A stretch of 33,129 bases of DNA. Source: a virus. The position numbers and the translations under genes are program-made. The stretch is from the UHGV virus genome UHGV-0048455. One strand, given 5' to 3'. The notes beneath the pieces were generated by a model. It saw only the letters and a program-made list of their open reading frames with translations, had not been told where the DNA came from and searched no databases. Position 1 is the stretch's first letter, and each line of letters begins with the position of its first letter. Below, piece after piece: positions 24,830 to 33,129 of this stretch.

Positions 24830-25002
24830 TATCTTCTTCTTCCTTTCATTTTTTCTTCTTGATATATCTCTAGTACCCACTTCAAGTTAAGTAATGCACT
24901 CTTTACTGCTTCACTTGCTGGTAAACTTAATAAATAATTTATTTTTAATGATATCTTTTGTTCAAAATTCAAGCCCTCATAATTTATATTTATATCTTTC
25001 AT
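24829..25002 (-). CDS. Small hypothetical protein, 57 aa
   Basis: MKDININYEGLNFEQKISLKINYLLSLP...; AGGAGGT-like RBS. Confidence 0.6.
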   Translation of the reverse strand: MKDININYEGLNFEQKISLKINYLLSLPASEAVKSALLNLKWVLEIYQEEKMKGRRR

Positions 25003-25011
25003 AATTACCTC

Positions 25012-25170
25012 CTATTCATCACTATTTTTATAACTAAAACCTATATAAATTCTAATGCCATTTTCTTTAAACATTTTATTTAATAATAATATGAAATCTC
25101 TTATACCTTTAGCATCGTTTTTAAAATCTATTTTTCTTTTATAATCATAATCATAAATTGTTATTTTCAT
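25012..25170 (-). CDS. Small hypothetical protein, 52 aa
   Basis: MKITIYDYDYKRKIDFKND...; ATGA overlap with the upstream ORF. Confidence 0.55.
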   Translation of the reverse strand: MKITIYDYDYKRKIDFKNDAKGIRDFILLLNKMFKENGIRIYIGFSYKNSDE

Positions 25171-25364
25171 TTTTCATCAAATCTCCATTCTACATAACTT
25201 TTTAAATACCTTATTTGTATTGTTATTTTATGACCATTAATTTCTAATATAGTCCATTCTTTTTGCCCTACATAATGAGTTGTTCCTTGAGTATTAGATA
25301 TTATGTTATCTATTATAAAGCCAATAGTTGAATAATTTAAACTAGTATTATTTATTATTTTCAT
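25167..25364 (-). CDS. Hypothetical protein
   Basis: 65-aa ORF with GAGGAGG RBS. Confidence 0.7.
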   Translation of the reverse strand: MKIINNTSLNYSTIGFIIDNIISNTQGTTHYVGQKEWTILEINGHKITIQIRYLKSYVEWRFDEK

Positions 25365-25381
25365 ACTTTGTTACATCCTCC

Positions 25382-25606
25382 TCAATAATATTCTTCTAAA
25401 TATTCGCTAAGTTTTTTAAAACCAAAATCTTGATAATCAGTAATATTTATTAATTCAACATATCTCTTTAATACGTCATATTCTTCTTCTGATATTTATT
25501 TATAAAAATAAACATGGTTTTTAATTTCACTTTCTTTTGAATAAATAACACCAATATTGCATATTCCATAATCGTTGGTCTTACTTTTTACGATAAAATA
25601 TTTCAT
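25382..25606 (-). pseudogene. Small ORF with in-frame TAA at 25498-25496
   Basis: MKYFIVKSKTNDYGICNIGVIYSKESEIKNHVYFYK*ISEEEYDVLKRYVEL...EEYY; AAGGAG RBS. Confidence 0.5.
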
Positions 25607-25922
25607 ACTTATTCTCCTTTAATTCCTTTAATTTATCTAAAACTTCTTTGTAATAACCAATTTCATATTTTAAACTTATCATTGTTTGGTTATTTAACCA
25701 TTTTTCTAATTCATTAATTACATTATTTAATTTATTTATTTCTTCAAGTTGTTTCTTTAATTCTTGATTTTCATAGAATATTTTAAATGGGTTAAATGTC
25801 TCTCTTAAAATACAATAATCTTCAAAATCATCATATTCATTTGTATTAAAACAGATATTTGGATTTCTGTATTCTTCTATTTGAACATATTTATTATCAA
25901 CTATTTTTACTAATCTACTCAT
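25581..25922 (-). CDS. Hypothetical coiled-coil protein
   Basis: ORF with ENQELKKQLE / INELEKWL motifs; probable start 25922. Confidence 0.7.
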   Translation of the reverse strand: MSRLVKIVDNKYVQIEEYRNPNICFNTNEYDDFEDYCILRETFNPFKIFYENQELKKQLEEINKLNNVINELEKWLNNQTMISLKYEIGYYKEVLDKLKELKENKYEIFYRKK

Positions 25923-26316
25923 TACTATCACTTCCTTGTAATTCTTGCATTTTATCTAAAATCATATTACATACAATTATTTCTGCTTGAGTAAATGTTT
26001 TACCATATCTTTTACCATATGATTTTTCAAATTCTTTTAATTTAGTTTCTTTTATATATTCTTTCAACTCATTCCAATTATCTTTTAAACTTCTTGCATA
26101 TACTTTAACATCATCAAATATTGTGTTTTCATCTAGTCCTAGTGTTTTTGTTATATCTTCCATTTCTAGTCTAAATGTTTCTTCATTTGTTTGAGTTACT
26201 AATAATTGTTCTTTTAGTTGTTTATTTTCTTGTTGCAACTCATCAATACATTTTTGCATTCTTTCTACTTCACTAGAATATTTTTCATACATTTTGTCTT
26301 CACTATATGTATTCAT
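25915..26316 (-). CDS. Hypothetical coiled-coil protein
   Basis: 133-aa ORF, GAGGTG RBS, ATGA overlap. Confidence 0.72.
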   Translation of the reverse strand: MNTYSEDKMYEKYSSEVERMQKCIDELQQENKQLKEQLLVTQTNEETFRLEMEDITKTLGLDENTIFDDVKVYARSLKDNWNELKEYIKETKLKEFEKSYGKRYGKTFTQAEIIVCNMILDKMQELQGSDSNE

Positions 26317-26630
26317 TTTGACACCTCTTTACCATTTAATCTTTTTATTATTGAAGATATTTTTCGTTGAATTTCAAAATTTTCTTCTCTTGTTTCTGGT
26401 TTATATATCATATCTTTTAAAATAAATAATTCATTTGTTGCTTTATCAATAACTTCTTTTTGCTTTTTTATTTGCTCTTTTAACTCTATCTTTTCTTTTA
26501 AAAGATTATTATATTTATCTTGTAAATCACTCAAATTAAGCATTTCTTCGGGATTTTCTGCTAGTTTTTTAAAAAAATTTTCGCAGGCTTTTTTAATCAT
26601 TAATTCTAGTTCTTCTTTAGTTTTAGTCAT
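26313..26630 (-). CDS. Hypothetical coiled-coil protein
   Basis: 105-aa ORF, AAGGAGTG RBS. Confidence 0.72.
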   Translation of the reverse strand: MTKTKEELELMIKKACENFFKKLAENPEEMLNLSDLQDKYNNLLKEKIELKEQIKKQKEVIDKATNELFILKDMIYKPETREENFEIQRKISSIIKRLNGKEVSK

Positions 26631-26721
26631 TCTTCCACTCCTTTATCATCATAATTAATCCTATAATTGCTCCTATACCAATAACCCCCAATATAATTAA
26701 TGGTATATATAATATAAGCAT
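26623..26721 (-). CDS. Small membrane peptide, 32 aa
   Basis: MLILYIPLIILGVIGIGAIIGLIMMIKEWKND; fills the gap between coupled genes. Confidence 0.55.
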   Translation of the reverse strand: MLILYIPLIILGVIGIGAIIGLIMMIKEWKND

Positions 26722-26967
26722 TTAATCATCTACTTTCTCTACTAAATCTGCTTTTATTAAATCATATACTTTATCTTGATTTTTATCATATAAATACCAG
26801 TAATTATTATCATACCAGCCACTTGTACTATATTGAATTATTATTTTTCTATTAGTATCTACTATTGCTACTATAGGCAAAGGATTTAATGGCTGAAATC
26901 TAAAGCCTTTTTCAAACCCATACTTTTCTAATTCTTTTAAATCTACATTATCTTTAATCTTTAACAT
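26722..26967 (-). CDS. Hypothetical protein
   Basis: MLKIKDNVDLKELEKYGF...DLIKADLVEKV; GAGGA RBS. Confidence 0.75.
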   Translation of the reverse strand: MLKIKDNVDLKELEKYGFEKGFRFQPLNPLPIVAIVDTNRKIIIQYSTSGWYDNNYWYLYDKNQDKVYDLIKADLVEKVDD

Positions 26968-26979
26968 TATTCTTCCTCC

Positions 26980-27183
26980 TTACCACTTATAAGTCAACAT
27001 TAGATATAATACATAACTTAATATTGCTGTTAATAATAATAAATTAATTATAATTAAATATGCTTTTATATCTTCTTGTTTATCTTTTTTTAATATTCTT
27101 AATTGTTCTCTTTCAGTCTTACTTGTAGGAAATTCTTTTTTTAATTTCCACATTTGAAATCTACTTATTTTTTCTGGTTTCAT
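26980..27183 (-). CDS. Hypothetical protein with C-terminal TM
   Basis: 67 aa, AGGAGG RBS. Confidence 0.7.
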   Translation of the reverse strand: MKPEKISRFQMWKLKKEFPTSKTEREQLRILKKDKQEDIKAYLIIINLLLLTAILSYVLYLMLTYKW

Positions 27184-27343
27184 TTTATCCTCCTAATTTT
27201 TCTAAATATATCAAGATAATCATTATAAGAGCCAATATATGGTGTCAATTCTATTATTATTCTATTTCCATATCGCTCAAATTTTTTAACATGACTATAT
27301 TCTTTGAATATTTTTCTTAATATTTTTAAAATTAATTTTTTAT

Positions 27344-27853
27344 TCATCTTATCCTCCTAAAATCTTTGCAAGCCTCTGTATTTTTTGTTATTCTTATTTT
27401 TCTATATCTACAATAATATGTAGGTATTGAATTACCTTTTATTTGTCTTTTTTCTAATAATCTGCAATTTTTACATCTATCTTTTATTTCTTTTTTCTCT
27501 TCTGATATTATAATTCTTTCTCTAAAGCTATTTTTTTTATCATATTTAAGTGTTTTCATCAAACTAGATAAATCTATTATGTTTTCTTTTTCAATTAAAT
27601 ATGACCTACAAAATCGGCTTATTTGGTCTCTTAATGAAGTATTTTTGCCATTATCTAACGATTGATGACATTTAATACATAACATAACACCATTTTCTTT
27701 GCAACCTTTGCCACCATGAGCCCTTGATAAGAATATATGTGCTATTTGTAATGCTCCATTATTTCCACAAAAGATACATCTGTTATTATCTCTTTTTTTT
27801 ATGTATTTTCTTGTTTCTTTATCAAACTCACACCATTGACTTCTTATACTCAT
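27344..27853 (-). CDS. HNH nuclease (NinG-like recombination nuclease)
   Basis: RD..RCIFCG, IAHI..RAHGGKG...NGVMLCIKCH; lies in the recombination module. Confidence 0.7.
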   Translation of the reverse strand: MSIRSQWCEFDKETRKYIKKRDNNRCIFCGNNGALQIAHIFLSRAHGGKGCKENGVMLCIKCHQSLDNGKNTSLRDQISRFCRSYLIEKENIIDLSSLMKTLKYDKKNSFRERIIISEEKKEIKDRCKNCRLLEKRQIKGNSIPTYYCRYRKIRITKNTEACKDFRRIR

Positions 27854-28074
27854 TATCTTGCCTCTTCAAAAAAATCTTTTATTTCAGCATTATTATCTAT
27901 GCTTTTTGTTATAGCATACGCTGTTGTTTTTTTGCATAGTGTTGCTTGATTATATATACTATTCATATATTGTCTAGTTATTCCAACTTCTTCTGCTATT
28001 TTTGCTTGATTTAATTTTATTTTATCAAACTTTTCTTTTTTAAATCTATACATCTTCTTCTTCCTTTCTCTCAT
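27853..28074 (-). CDS. XRE/Cro-like HTH protein
   Basis: NQAKIAEEVGITRQYMNSIYN helix-turn-helix. Confidence 0.75.
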   Translation of the reverse strand: MRERKKKMYRFKKEKFDKIKLNQAKIAEEVGITRQYMNSIYNQATLCKKTTAYAITKSIDNNAEIKDFFEEAR

Positions 28075-28663
28075 TTTCCATTTCTAAATATTCTTTTACT
28101 AATTTTATTGCCATTTCTTCATTTACTGGCAATTTATAAAACTTTCTTTTTTCTTCTCTTAAATGTGTACCACTTACAAATGATAAAGGTATATGATAAG
28201 TTTGCTCATAGGCTATCTTGTAAAGGTTAGTCTGAAAACAAACGTATTCTTTATCAAATGTTGCAGTTCTTTTAAAGTCATTTACTCCTCTTTCCTCATT
28301 TATTTCTATTATCTGGTCTAATCTACCTATTGCTACTGGAACATCATTTAGAAACAAGATTACTGGTATCTCTGAGGCTATTACTTGCCATTTATAATGT
28401 TTCTTTAAGAATATATAATTTTGAAGTTCTCTATTATTAAGGTCATTTATACCATTTTCTTCATAATCTTGAATTGCTTGGTGCATATTTGTACCTTTTT
28501 CGCTTGCTACTTCAAGTATTCTTTCATCTACCCCTTGATACTTATTTCCGAATTTCTTTTTTAATATTGTTGTTATAGAGGGAAGAATAATTCCATTGCA
28601 TATATAAAGATGGCTATCTTCCCAATATTCTATAACATAATTACCTATAGTCCAAGTTTGCAT
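28046..28663 (-). CDS. PD-(D/E)XK (Cas4-like) exonuclease
   Basis: PSITTIL, GT.MH..I, GRLD, DFKRT, Q.NLY..AY motifs. Confidence 0.8.
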   Translation of the reverse strand: MQTWTIGNYVIEYWEDSHLYICNGIILPSITTILKKKFGNKYQGVDERILEVASEKGTNMHQAIQDYEENGINDLNNRELQNYIFLKKHYKWQVIASEIPVILFLNDVPVAIGRLDQIIEINEERGVNDFKRTATFDKEYVCFQTNLYKIAYEQTYHIPLSFVSGTHLREEKRKFYKLPVNEEMAIKLVKEYLEMENERKEEEDV

Positions 28664-29007
28664 TATTTTATCTTGATTAATAATGAACTTTTAACTGGTG
28701 TAAACTCTACATAAGTATCATATAAATCAGGTAAATCTTTTTTAAACATTGCTGTTCTAAATGTTTCTTTCTCAGTTGGTGCTTTGTAAGTAATACTAAT
28801 ATTTTCATCTGATATTTTTATAATGCCTTTATCTTCCATTTCTTTTAATAAGGTTTCTCTTATTGCATCTTCTTTTCTTTTTAATTCTTTTTTTTCTTCA
28901 TCTATCATTTTTAATTCTGATGTAATTATATCTGCTAATTGATAGTTATCTTCTTTTTTTACTATAAAATTATATAAATCTACTTTTTTCACTTCGTTTT
29001 CTTGCAT
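28663..29007 (-). CDS. Hypothetical protein (recombination module)
   Basis: 114 aa; FKKDLPDLY..Y motif seen in exonuclease-associated phage proteins. Confidence 0.7.
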   Translation of the reverse strand: MQENEVKKVDLYNFIVKKEDNYQLADIITSELKMIDEEKKELKRKEDAIRETLLKEMEDKGIIKISDENISITYKAPTEKETFRTAMFKKDLPDLYDTYVEFTPVKSSLLIKIK

Positions 29008-29012
29008 AATAA

Positions 29013-29717
29013 TTATTCCTCATCTTTCTTTTTAAATAATTTACTTAATATTTCACTTGCTTTATTAATAGACATATCTTCTAACTTTTCAAGGTTATTT
29101 AATTCTAATAATTTTGTTAAATTTTCGCCTTGATAATATTTTTGTATAAGTTCCATTTGTTTAGGACTTATCTTTGCATTGCCAACTTGTTTAGTGGCTT
29201 TTTTGTAACCATTTTCTGGGCTTGCCTCTTTATCAGGGTCATCTCCAGTACTTAATTTATATGCTTTCATAAGTGCATATTTATCTGCGTATGTCATTGC
29301 CTTTCCTGGTGCTTTGTCGCCTGTGTCTAAACCATCTCCATAAACTATTGTTTCAATAAACTCACTAGGATTATCAATATTAACAAATCTATAAGTAGTT
29401 TCTATTCTCATAAATAATGTATTAGTTTTAGTTATGTTTCCATTATATTCACTTTCTTTTATTAAAGTATCTCTATCAATTACTTCTCTTTTTGCTGGAT
29501 AACTATAAACTCTATATTTCTTTTCTATAGGTTTTACTCCATCTAGTACATCTCTTTCCGACACTGCTTTATAACTATTTGTTTTGCTTATAGATACAAC
29601 TAGTCCCTTTTCAATAACTCCTATTTCTTCGGTTATTAATGACATCTTTTCGTAGATGTTCATCTTTTTAATTTCTTCTTCTTTTTTCATTTCTTCTGTA
29701 ATTTTAATTTCTTCCAT
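29013..29717 (-). CDS. erf: ERF-family single-strand annealing protein
   Basis: G.DTGDKAPGKAMTYADKYAL......TGDDPD motif. Confidence 0.85.
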   Translation of the reverse strand: MEEIKITEEMKKEEEIKKMNIYEKMSLITEEIGVIEKGLVVSISKTNSYKAVSERDVLDGVKPIEKKYRVYSYPAKREVIDRDTLIKESEYNGNITKTNTLFMRIETTYRFVNIDNPSEFIETIVYGDGLDTGDKAPGKAMTYADKYALMKAYKLSTGDDPDKEASPENGYKKATKQVGNAKISPKQMELIQKYYQGENLTKLLELNNLEKLEDMSINKASEILSKLFKKKDEE

Positions 29718-29750
29718 ATTATTTGTTCTCCTTTTCTTTTTTTATTTGTG

Positions 29751-30044
29751 CTATTTACTTGATAAAAATGTAATTTTTTCAGCATGAACTTCTAAATCTT
29801 TATCTTTTAATCTTTGCAAATTTCCTTTTACACCTACCACATCACCTTGTTCGCAATATTCAACACAACTTTGAGCAACTTTACCAATTAATACAACATC
29901 TATAAAATCTGTATCATATTCTCCATTTATATTTTTATAATTTTTTAGTGTTGCTAAAGTAACTTTTGAATATACTTTATCTCCTCTTTCTTCTAAGATA
30001 GGTTTATTAGTCAATCTTCCAACTAATATAACTTGATTTAACAT
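29751..30044 (-). CDS. ssb: Single-stranded DNA-binding protein (OB fold only)
   Basis: MLNQVILVGRLT..P, DTDFI, GDVVGVKG.LQ, AEKITFL. Confidence 0.9.
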   Translation of the reverse strand: MLNQVILVGRLTNKPILEERGDKVYSKVTLATLKNYKNINGEYDTDFIDVVLIGKVAQSCVEYCEQGDVVGVKGNLQRLKDKDLEVHAEKITFLSSK

Positions 30045-30074
30045 TTTCTTTCCTCTCCTTTCATTTACATATTA

Positions 30075-30103
30075 ATTATACATCTTATTTTAATTTTTGT
30101 CAA
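30075..30103 (-). promoter_or_regulatory. Consensus SigA-type promoter (ssb-erf operon)
   Basis: TTGACA (30103-30098), N17, TATAAT (30080-30075). Confidence 0.8.
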
Positions 30104-30118
30104 CTATATTTTACATTT

Positions 30119-30328
30119 TTATTTAAAATCTTTTAATATTTTACTTAATTCTAATAAATCATCTATAATATTAAATTCATCTCCTACCTCAAACATATTA
30201 TTTATTTTGTTTAGTGCTTTACCGATTATCTTTTTATAATTATCATTTTGGCTTTTCAATGTTTCGTTTTCGGTTCTTAATATTTCAATAAATTTTAAAT
30301 CATCTTCCCACATTTCTTTATCTGTCAT
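30119..30328 (-). CDS. Hypothetical protein
   Basis: 69 aa, TAATG-coupled to the DnaC-like gene. Confidence 0.7.
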   Translation of the reverse strand: MTDKEMWEDDLKFIEILRTENETLKSQNDNYKKIIGKALNKINNMFEVGDEFNIIDDLLELSKILKDFK

Positions 30329-31230
30329 TAGAATAATACCTCCTCATTTCTTACCTTTTTTACTCTATAACTTTCTCCTTTTATTTCTATAACTGCTGTC
30401 GCCATTTCATTAATCCTATCTACTGTCTTATCCATAAAGTTTCTATTTCTTACTAAATCTTTAATAGAATAGTTGCTGCTAAATATAGTAGGCTTTTCTT
30501 TGTTATATCTCTTGTTAATGATTTCAAATATCTTATCTTGACTAAAGTTATCGCCACTATTTTTAGTTAGGCTTTCTGTTCCTAAGTCATCTATGAATAA
30601 GAAGTCTACATCTGCAATACTATTGATAACATTATCATCTGTTTCAGTTGAATTAGAATTGTATGTATTTCTTATTGATTTTAAAATTTCATAGAAGTTA
30701 GTAAATAATACTGAATATTCCTTTTCCATTAATTCGTTAGCCATACAGGCGGTTAATACAGTTTTACCTACACCAGAATTTCCATATAAATAAATACCAT
30801 AACCTTTGTTTAATACTTCGCACGAAACATCACAATATTTTTTACATCTGTTAAATGCTTCTGCAAAACTTCTATTTGTTAAATCTAAATCAGAAAATTT
30901 CACATTTTTATATCGTTTGTCCATTAGCGACCTATCTTTTAATCTTTCTATTCTAAGTAATCTTTTTCTTCTTTCTTCTTCTTCTTTAAGTCTTTGTTGT
31001 TCTTCTTCATAACATTTGCAAACACATCTTCTAGCAACCAATTTATTTTGCCAATCATTGCCTACAAATAATTTCTTTTGATTGCATACAGCACAATAAA
31101 TCATGTTGTCTTTTATATATTCGTTCTTTTCTAAAGTAAAATTTGATAAAATGACATTGCCATTTTCATCTATGTTACTACCTATCGTACTTGGATAAGT
31201 CTGTTTTAGCATTTCCTTGATAGCCTGCAT
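30328..31230 (-). CDS. DnaC/IstB-like AAA+ helicase loader
   Basis: CAVC..CVCKC zinc motif, GNSGVGKT, LFIDDLG, IINKRY...KPTIFSSN; start ATG 31230 with AAGGAGG RBS. Confidence 0.9.
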   Translation of the reverse strand: MQAIKEMLKQTYPSTIGSNIDENGNVILSNFTLEKNEYIKDNMIYCAVCNQKKLFVGNDWQNKLVARRCVCKCYEEEQQRLKEEEERRKRLLRIERLKDRSLMDKRYKNVKFSDLDLTNRSFAEAFNRCKKYCDVSCEVLNKGYGIYLYGNSGVGKTVLTACMANELMEKEYSVLFTNFYEILKSIRNTYNSNSTETDDNVINSIADVDFLFIDDLGTESLTKNSGDNFSQDKIFEIINKRYNKEKPTIFSSNYSIKDLVRNRNFMDKTVDRINEMATAVIEIKGESYRVKKVRNEEVLF

Positions 31231-31921
31231 AATTGTTTTCCTCCTTATATGGATAAATATCAATCCAATTTTTTAGTATAGATTTCTCTAATATCTTAAT
31301 TTGAATATCTTTATCACTAGATAATTTTTCTAATTTATTTATTAACATAGTTAATGCTCTATCAGTCATAGGCTTTTTTATTAACTTTCTCATTTTTATA
31401 AATTCATAAATAGAATTTTTAACTTCTTCATCTTCTACCATAGAATTGATAATTTTATCGTAATTTGTTTCTTTCTTTCTTTCTTCTTTATTATTAATAT
31501 TTGTATTATTAATATTTGTATTATTATCTTTTAACTTTTTAACATACCCCCCTTTATCAAATTGACATACCCCAATTTCATTTTTTAACATACCTATGTT
31601 AATTTTTGACATACCCTCTTTGGGCGGATATGGTGGTCTATTTATATGTAAATATCTTTTGATTATTTCTTTTCCATTAAAATCATATGTTATAGTAATA
31701 TAGTTTTTTCTTTGCAAACTTTGTATTATTTGTGATATTCTTGATGAATTTATTCCAAAATTATTTACAAAATGTTTATTAGTAGCAAAACATCCTGCTT
31801 GCCCATCATCATAACTATCAATTTCAACTAATATAATTTTTTCTTGAAAAGTTAAATCTTTGTTTAGCCATATTTCCTTTGGTATCCAAATACCCTTGAA
31901 CTGTCTTTGTTGTTCTTCCAT
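31178..31921 (-). CDS. Phage replication initiator (N-terminal wHTH)
   Basis: FKGIWIPKEIW...L...EK..L.EI.S, CFATN..F; internal iterons; directly upstream of the DnaC-like loader. Confidence 0.85.
   Translation of the reverse strand: MEEQQRQFKGIWIPKEIWLNKDLTFQEKIILVEIDSYDDGQAGCFATNKHFVNNFGINSSRISQIIQSLQRKNYITITYDFNGKEIIKRYLHINRPPYPPKEGMSKINIGMLKNEIGVCQFDKGGYVKKLKDNNTNINNTNINNKEERKKETNYDKIINSMVEDEEVKNSIYEFIKMRKLIKKPMTDRALTMLINKLEKLSSDKDIQIKILEKSILKNWIDIYPYKEENNYAGYQGNAKTDLSKYDR
31491..31615. repeat. Replication origin: four TTRACATACC iterons plus AT-rich tandem repeat
   Basis: TTRACATACC at 31539, 31562, 31585, 31606 (spacing 23/23/21); TTATTAATATTTGTA x2 at 31491-31520. Confidence 0.75.
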
Positions 31922-32079
31922 TATTTTTCCTCCTTTTTAACTGGTACTAATTTAATAGTTTCATCATCATAGAACTCTAAATAGAATTCACTACCATATT
32001 TATTAATTAGAAATTGTGGTATAGTTATTCTATTTCTATCCTTGTCTGCTTTCTTCATAAATCTAAATAATAGTTTCAT
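31921..32079 (-). CDS. AbrB/MraZ-like small DNA-binding protein, 52 aa (not in ORF track)
   Basis: MKLLFRFMKKADKDRNRITIPQFLINKYGSEFYLEFYDDETIKLVPVKKEEK (D..NRITIP...I.L.P pattern); TAATG-coupled to the initiator. Confidence 0.65.
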   Translation of the reverse strand: MKLLFRFMKKADKDRNRITIPQFLINKYGSEFYLEFYDDETIKLVPVKKEEK

Positions 32080-32108
32080 TTTATCACCTACCTTTCTTAT
32101 CTAAATCG

Positions 32109-32137
32109 ATTATACACCATTTAAGTGGGTATGTCAA
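32109..32137 (-). promoter_or_regulatory. Consensus SigA-type promoter of the replication operon, overlapping an iteron
   Basis: TTGACA (32137-32132), N17, TATAAT (32114-32109); the -35 region reads TTGACATACCC. Confidence 0.8.
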
Positions 32138-32180
32138 TATATAAAAAGAAGAAATATTATCTTTTTAAATAAATCAATAC

Positions 32181-33020
32181 CTAATCAAACAAACTTGTTT
32201 GTTTATCAACATTAATCAGCATTTCTTCTTTTGCTCTTTTTACGAAATCTCTTTTAATTTCAAATCCATAGCAACTTCTGTTTAATTCCATACAAGCCCT
32301 TAATGTACTACCGCTACCAGCACAAGGGTCAATTACAACATCTCCCTCATCGGTAAATATTTTAATTAATTCTTTTAATAAATTAACTGGCTTTTGTGTA
32401 GGATGTATTTTAGGTATATCTTTTCCATCTCTCTTCCATTCAAACCAATTGAATATCATATGATTTTTGCCAAATGCATCAATATTTCTAAACTTAGGTA
32501 ATTTTTCTCTATAAAGAACTACTGCATATTCACAAGCATTTACTATCTTCATGTTTGCTTTTAACACTTGTGCCGAATAATTCTTTATAAATACAAGCGG
32601 ATAATTTTTCATAAGTCCATGCTTCTTTCCTTGTTCCATTACCATAGGTATTTGTTCAAAAGCACAAAATACAATCATAGCAGGAGCATTTGAACTTTTC
32701 CCTCTTTCTCCTCCTTTTTTAGGTTCTTTATTTAAATACCTAGTACAGAAATCAAAGAAATTATTTATCTTGAAATCATTATCGGTATCAAAAAAACTTT
32801 TGCCCGCTAATTCACTTTCTCCATTTTTATTATCTCCATCTTTATACCATTGAGGGTTGCTTGCATAAGCATTAGCACCCAAATTATAAGGAATATCTGC
32901 AATTATTAATTGTGCATGTGGTATTTGATATGTTTTTGCATTTTCGAAATGGTCATGATATAATTCGACCTTTACTTTCTTTTTATAATTAGAATAATCT
33001 TTTATTTCTTTTTCTTCCAT
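32181..33020 (-). CDS. Orphan N6-adenine/N4-cytosine DNA methyltransferase (beta class)
   Basis: DIPY catalytic motif, HPTQKP, DPCAGSGST SAM-binding motif. Confidence 0.9.
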   Translation of the reverse strand: MEEKEIKDYSNYKKKVKVELYHDHFENAKTYQIPHAQLIIADIPYNLGANAYASNPQWYKDGDNKNGESELAGKSFFDTDNDFKINNFFDFCTRYLNKEPKKGGERGKSSNAPAMIVFCAFEQIPMVMEQGKKHGLMKNYPLVFIKNYSAQVLKANMKIVNACEYAVVLYREKLPKFRNIDAFGKNHMIFNWFEWKRDGKDIPKIHPTQKPVNLLKELIKIFTDEGDVVIDPCAGSGSTLRACMELNRSCYGFEIKRDFVKRAKEEMLINVDKQTSLFD

Positions 33021-33046
33021 TTTATTTGTCCTCCTTAATTATTAAA

Positions 33047-33129
33047 TTATTCAAAACTGTTTTCATATTTTATACTTTCTAATTTCTTTTTTAGAGCATT
33101 AATTTTATTTTCTGTACTTGCATAAGCAT
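33047..33129 (-). CDS. 3' end of the ORF that starts at 388 (wraps around the junction)
   Basis: Base 1 + 33129.. gives NAYASTENKINALKKKLESIKYENSFE*. Confidence 0.75.
   Translation of the reverse strand, partial: AYASTENKINALKKKLESIKYENSFE

Noticed and set aside
711..31012. Plus-strand ORFs in the supplied track (e.g. 711..893, 7970..8323, 23058..23363, 30806..31012)
   Set aside because: They are antisense shadows of well-supported minus-strand genes, with low-complexity F/L/I/S composition and no evident RBS.
32181..33020. Restriction-modification system
   Set aside because: No adjacent restriction endonuclease; orphan methyltransferases are common in phages.
1..33129. Stop-codon reassignment
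   Set aside because: Long genes are intact in code 11; TGA, TAG and TAA all end genes, and no tRNA gene was recognised.

Overview
This window is a very AT-rich tailed-phage (siphovirus-like) genome, probably from a low-GC Bacillota host (inference), with essentially all genes on the minus strand. It appears to be a complete circular genome, because the ORF running off base 1 continues in frame from base 33129. Reading the minus strand, the modules are: DNA methyltransferase; replication (initiator with iterons, DnaC-like loader, SSB); recombination (ERF, PD-(D/E)XK nuclease, HNH/NinG-like); many small ORFs; a sigma factor; displaced tail-chaperone-like genes; ParB plus ABC-ATPase/GNAT; TerS; a structured non-coding array; TerL; head; tail; lysis; small early genes. 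I found no integrase or CI-type repressor. Four features stand out. (1) TerL is fractured by a naturally split intein with a free-standing HNH gene between the halves, and the stop codon that splits it lies inside the -35 box of the HNH/IntC promoter. (2) A ~470-nt promoter-driven non-coding region holds three hairpin units of identical geometry (9 bp + G-G mismatch + 15 bp) enclosing different structured cargos. (3) A start-less GNAT ORF can be reached by a -1 frameshift at A_AAA_AAG from an ABC-type ATPase. (4) Several other small structured RNAs and an iteron-overlapped promoter are present. Product calls come from motif recognition and synteny only; no database searches were run.
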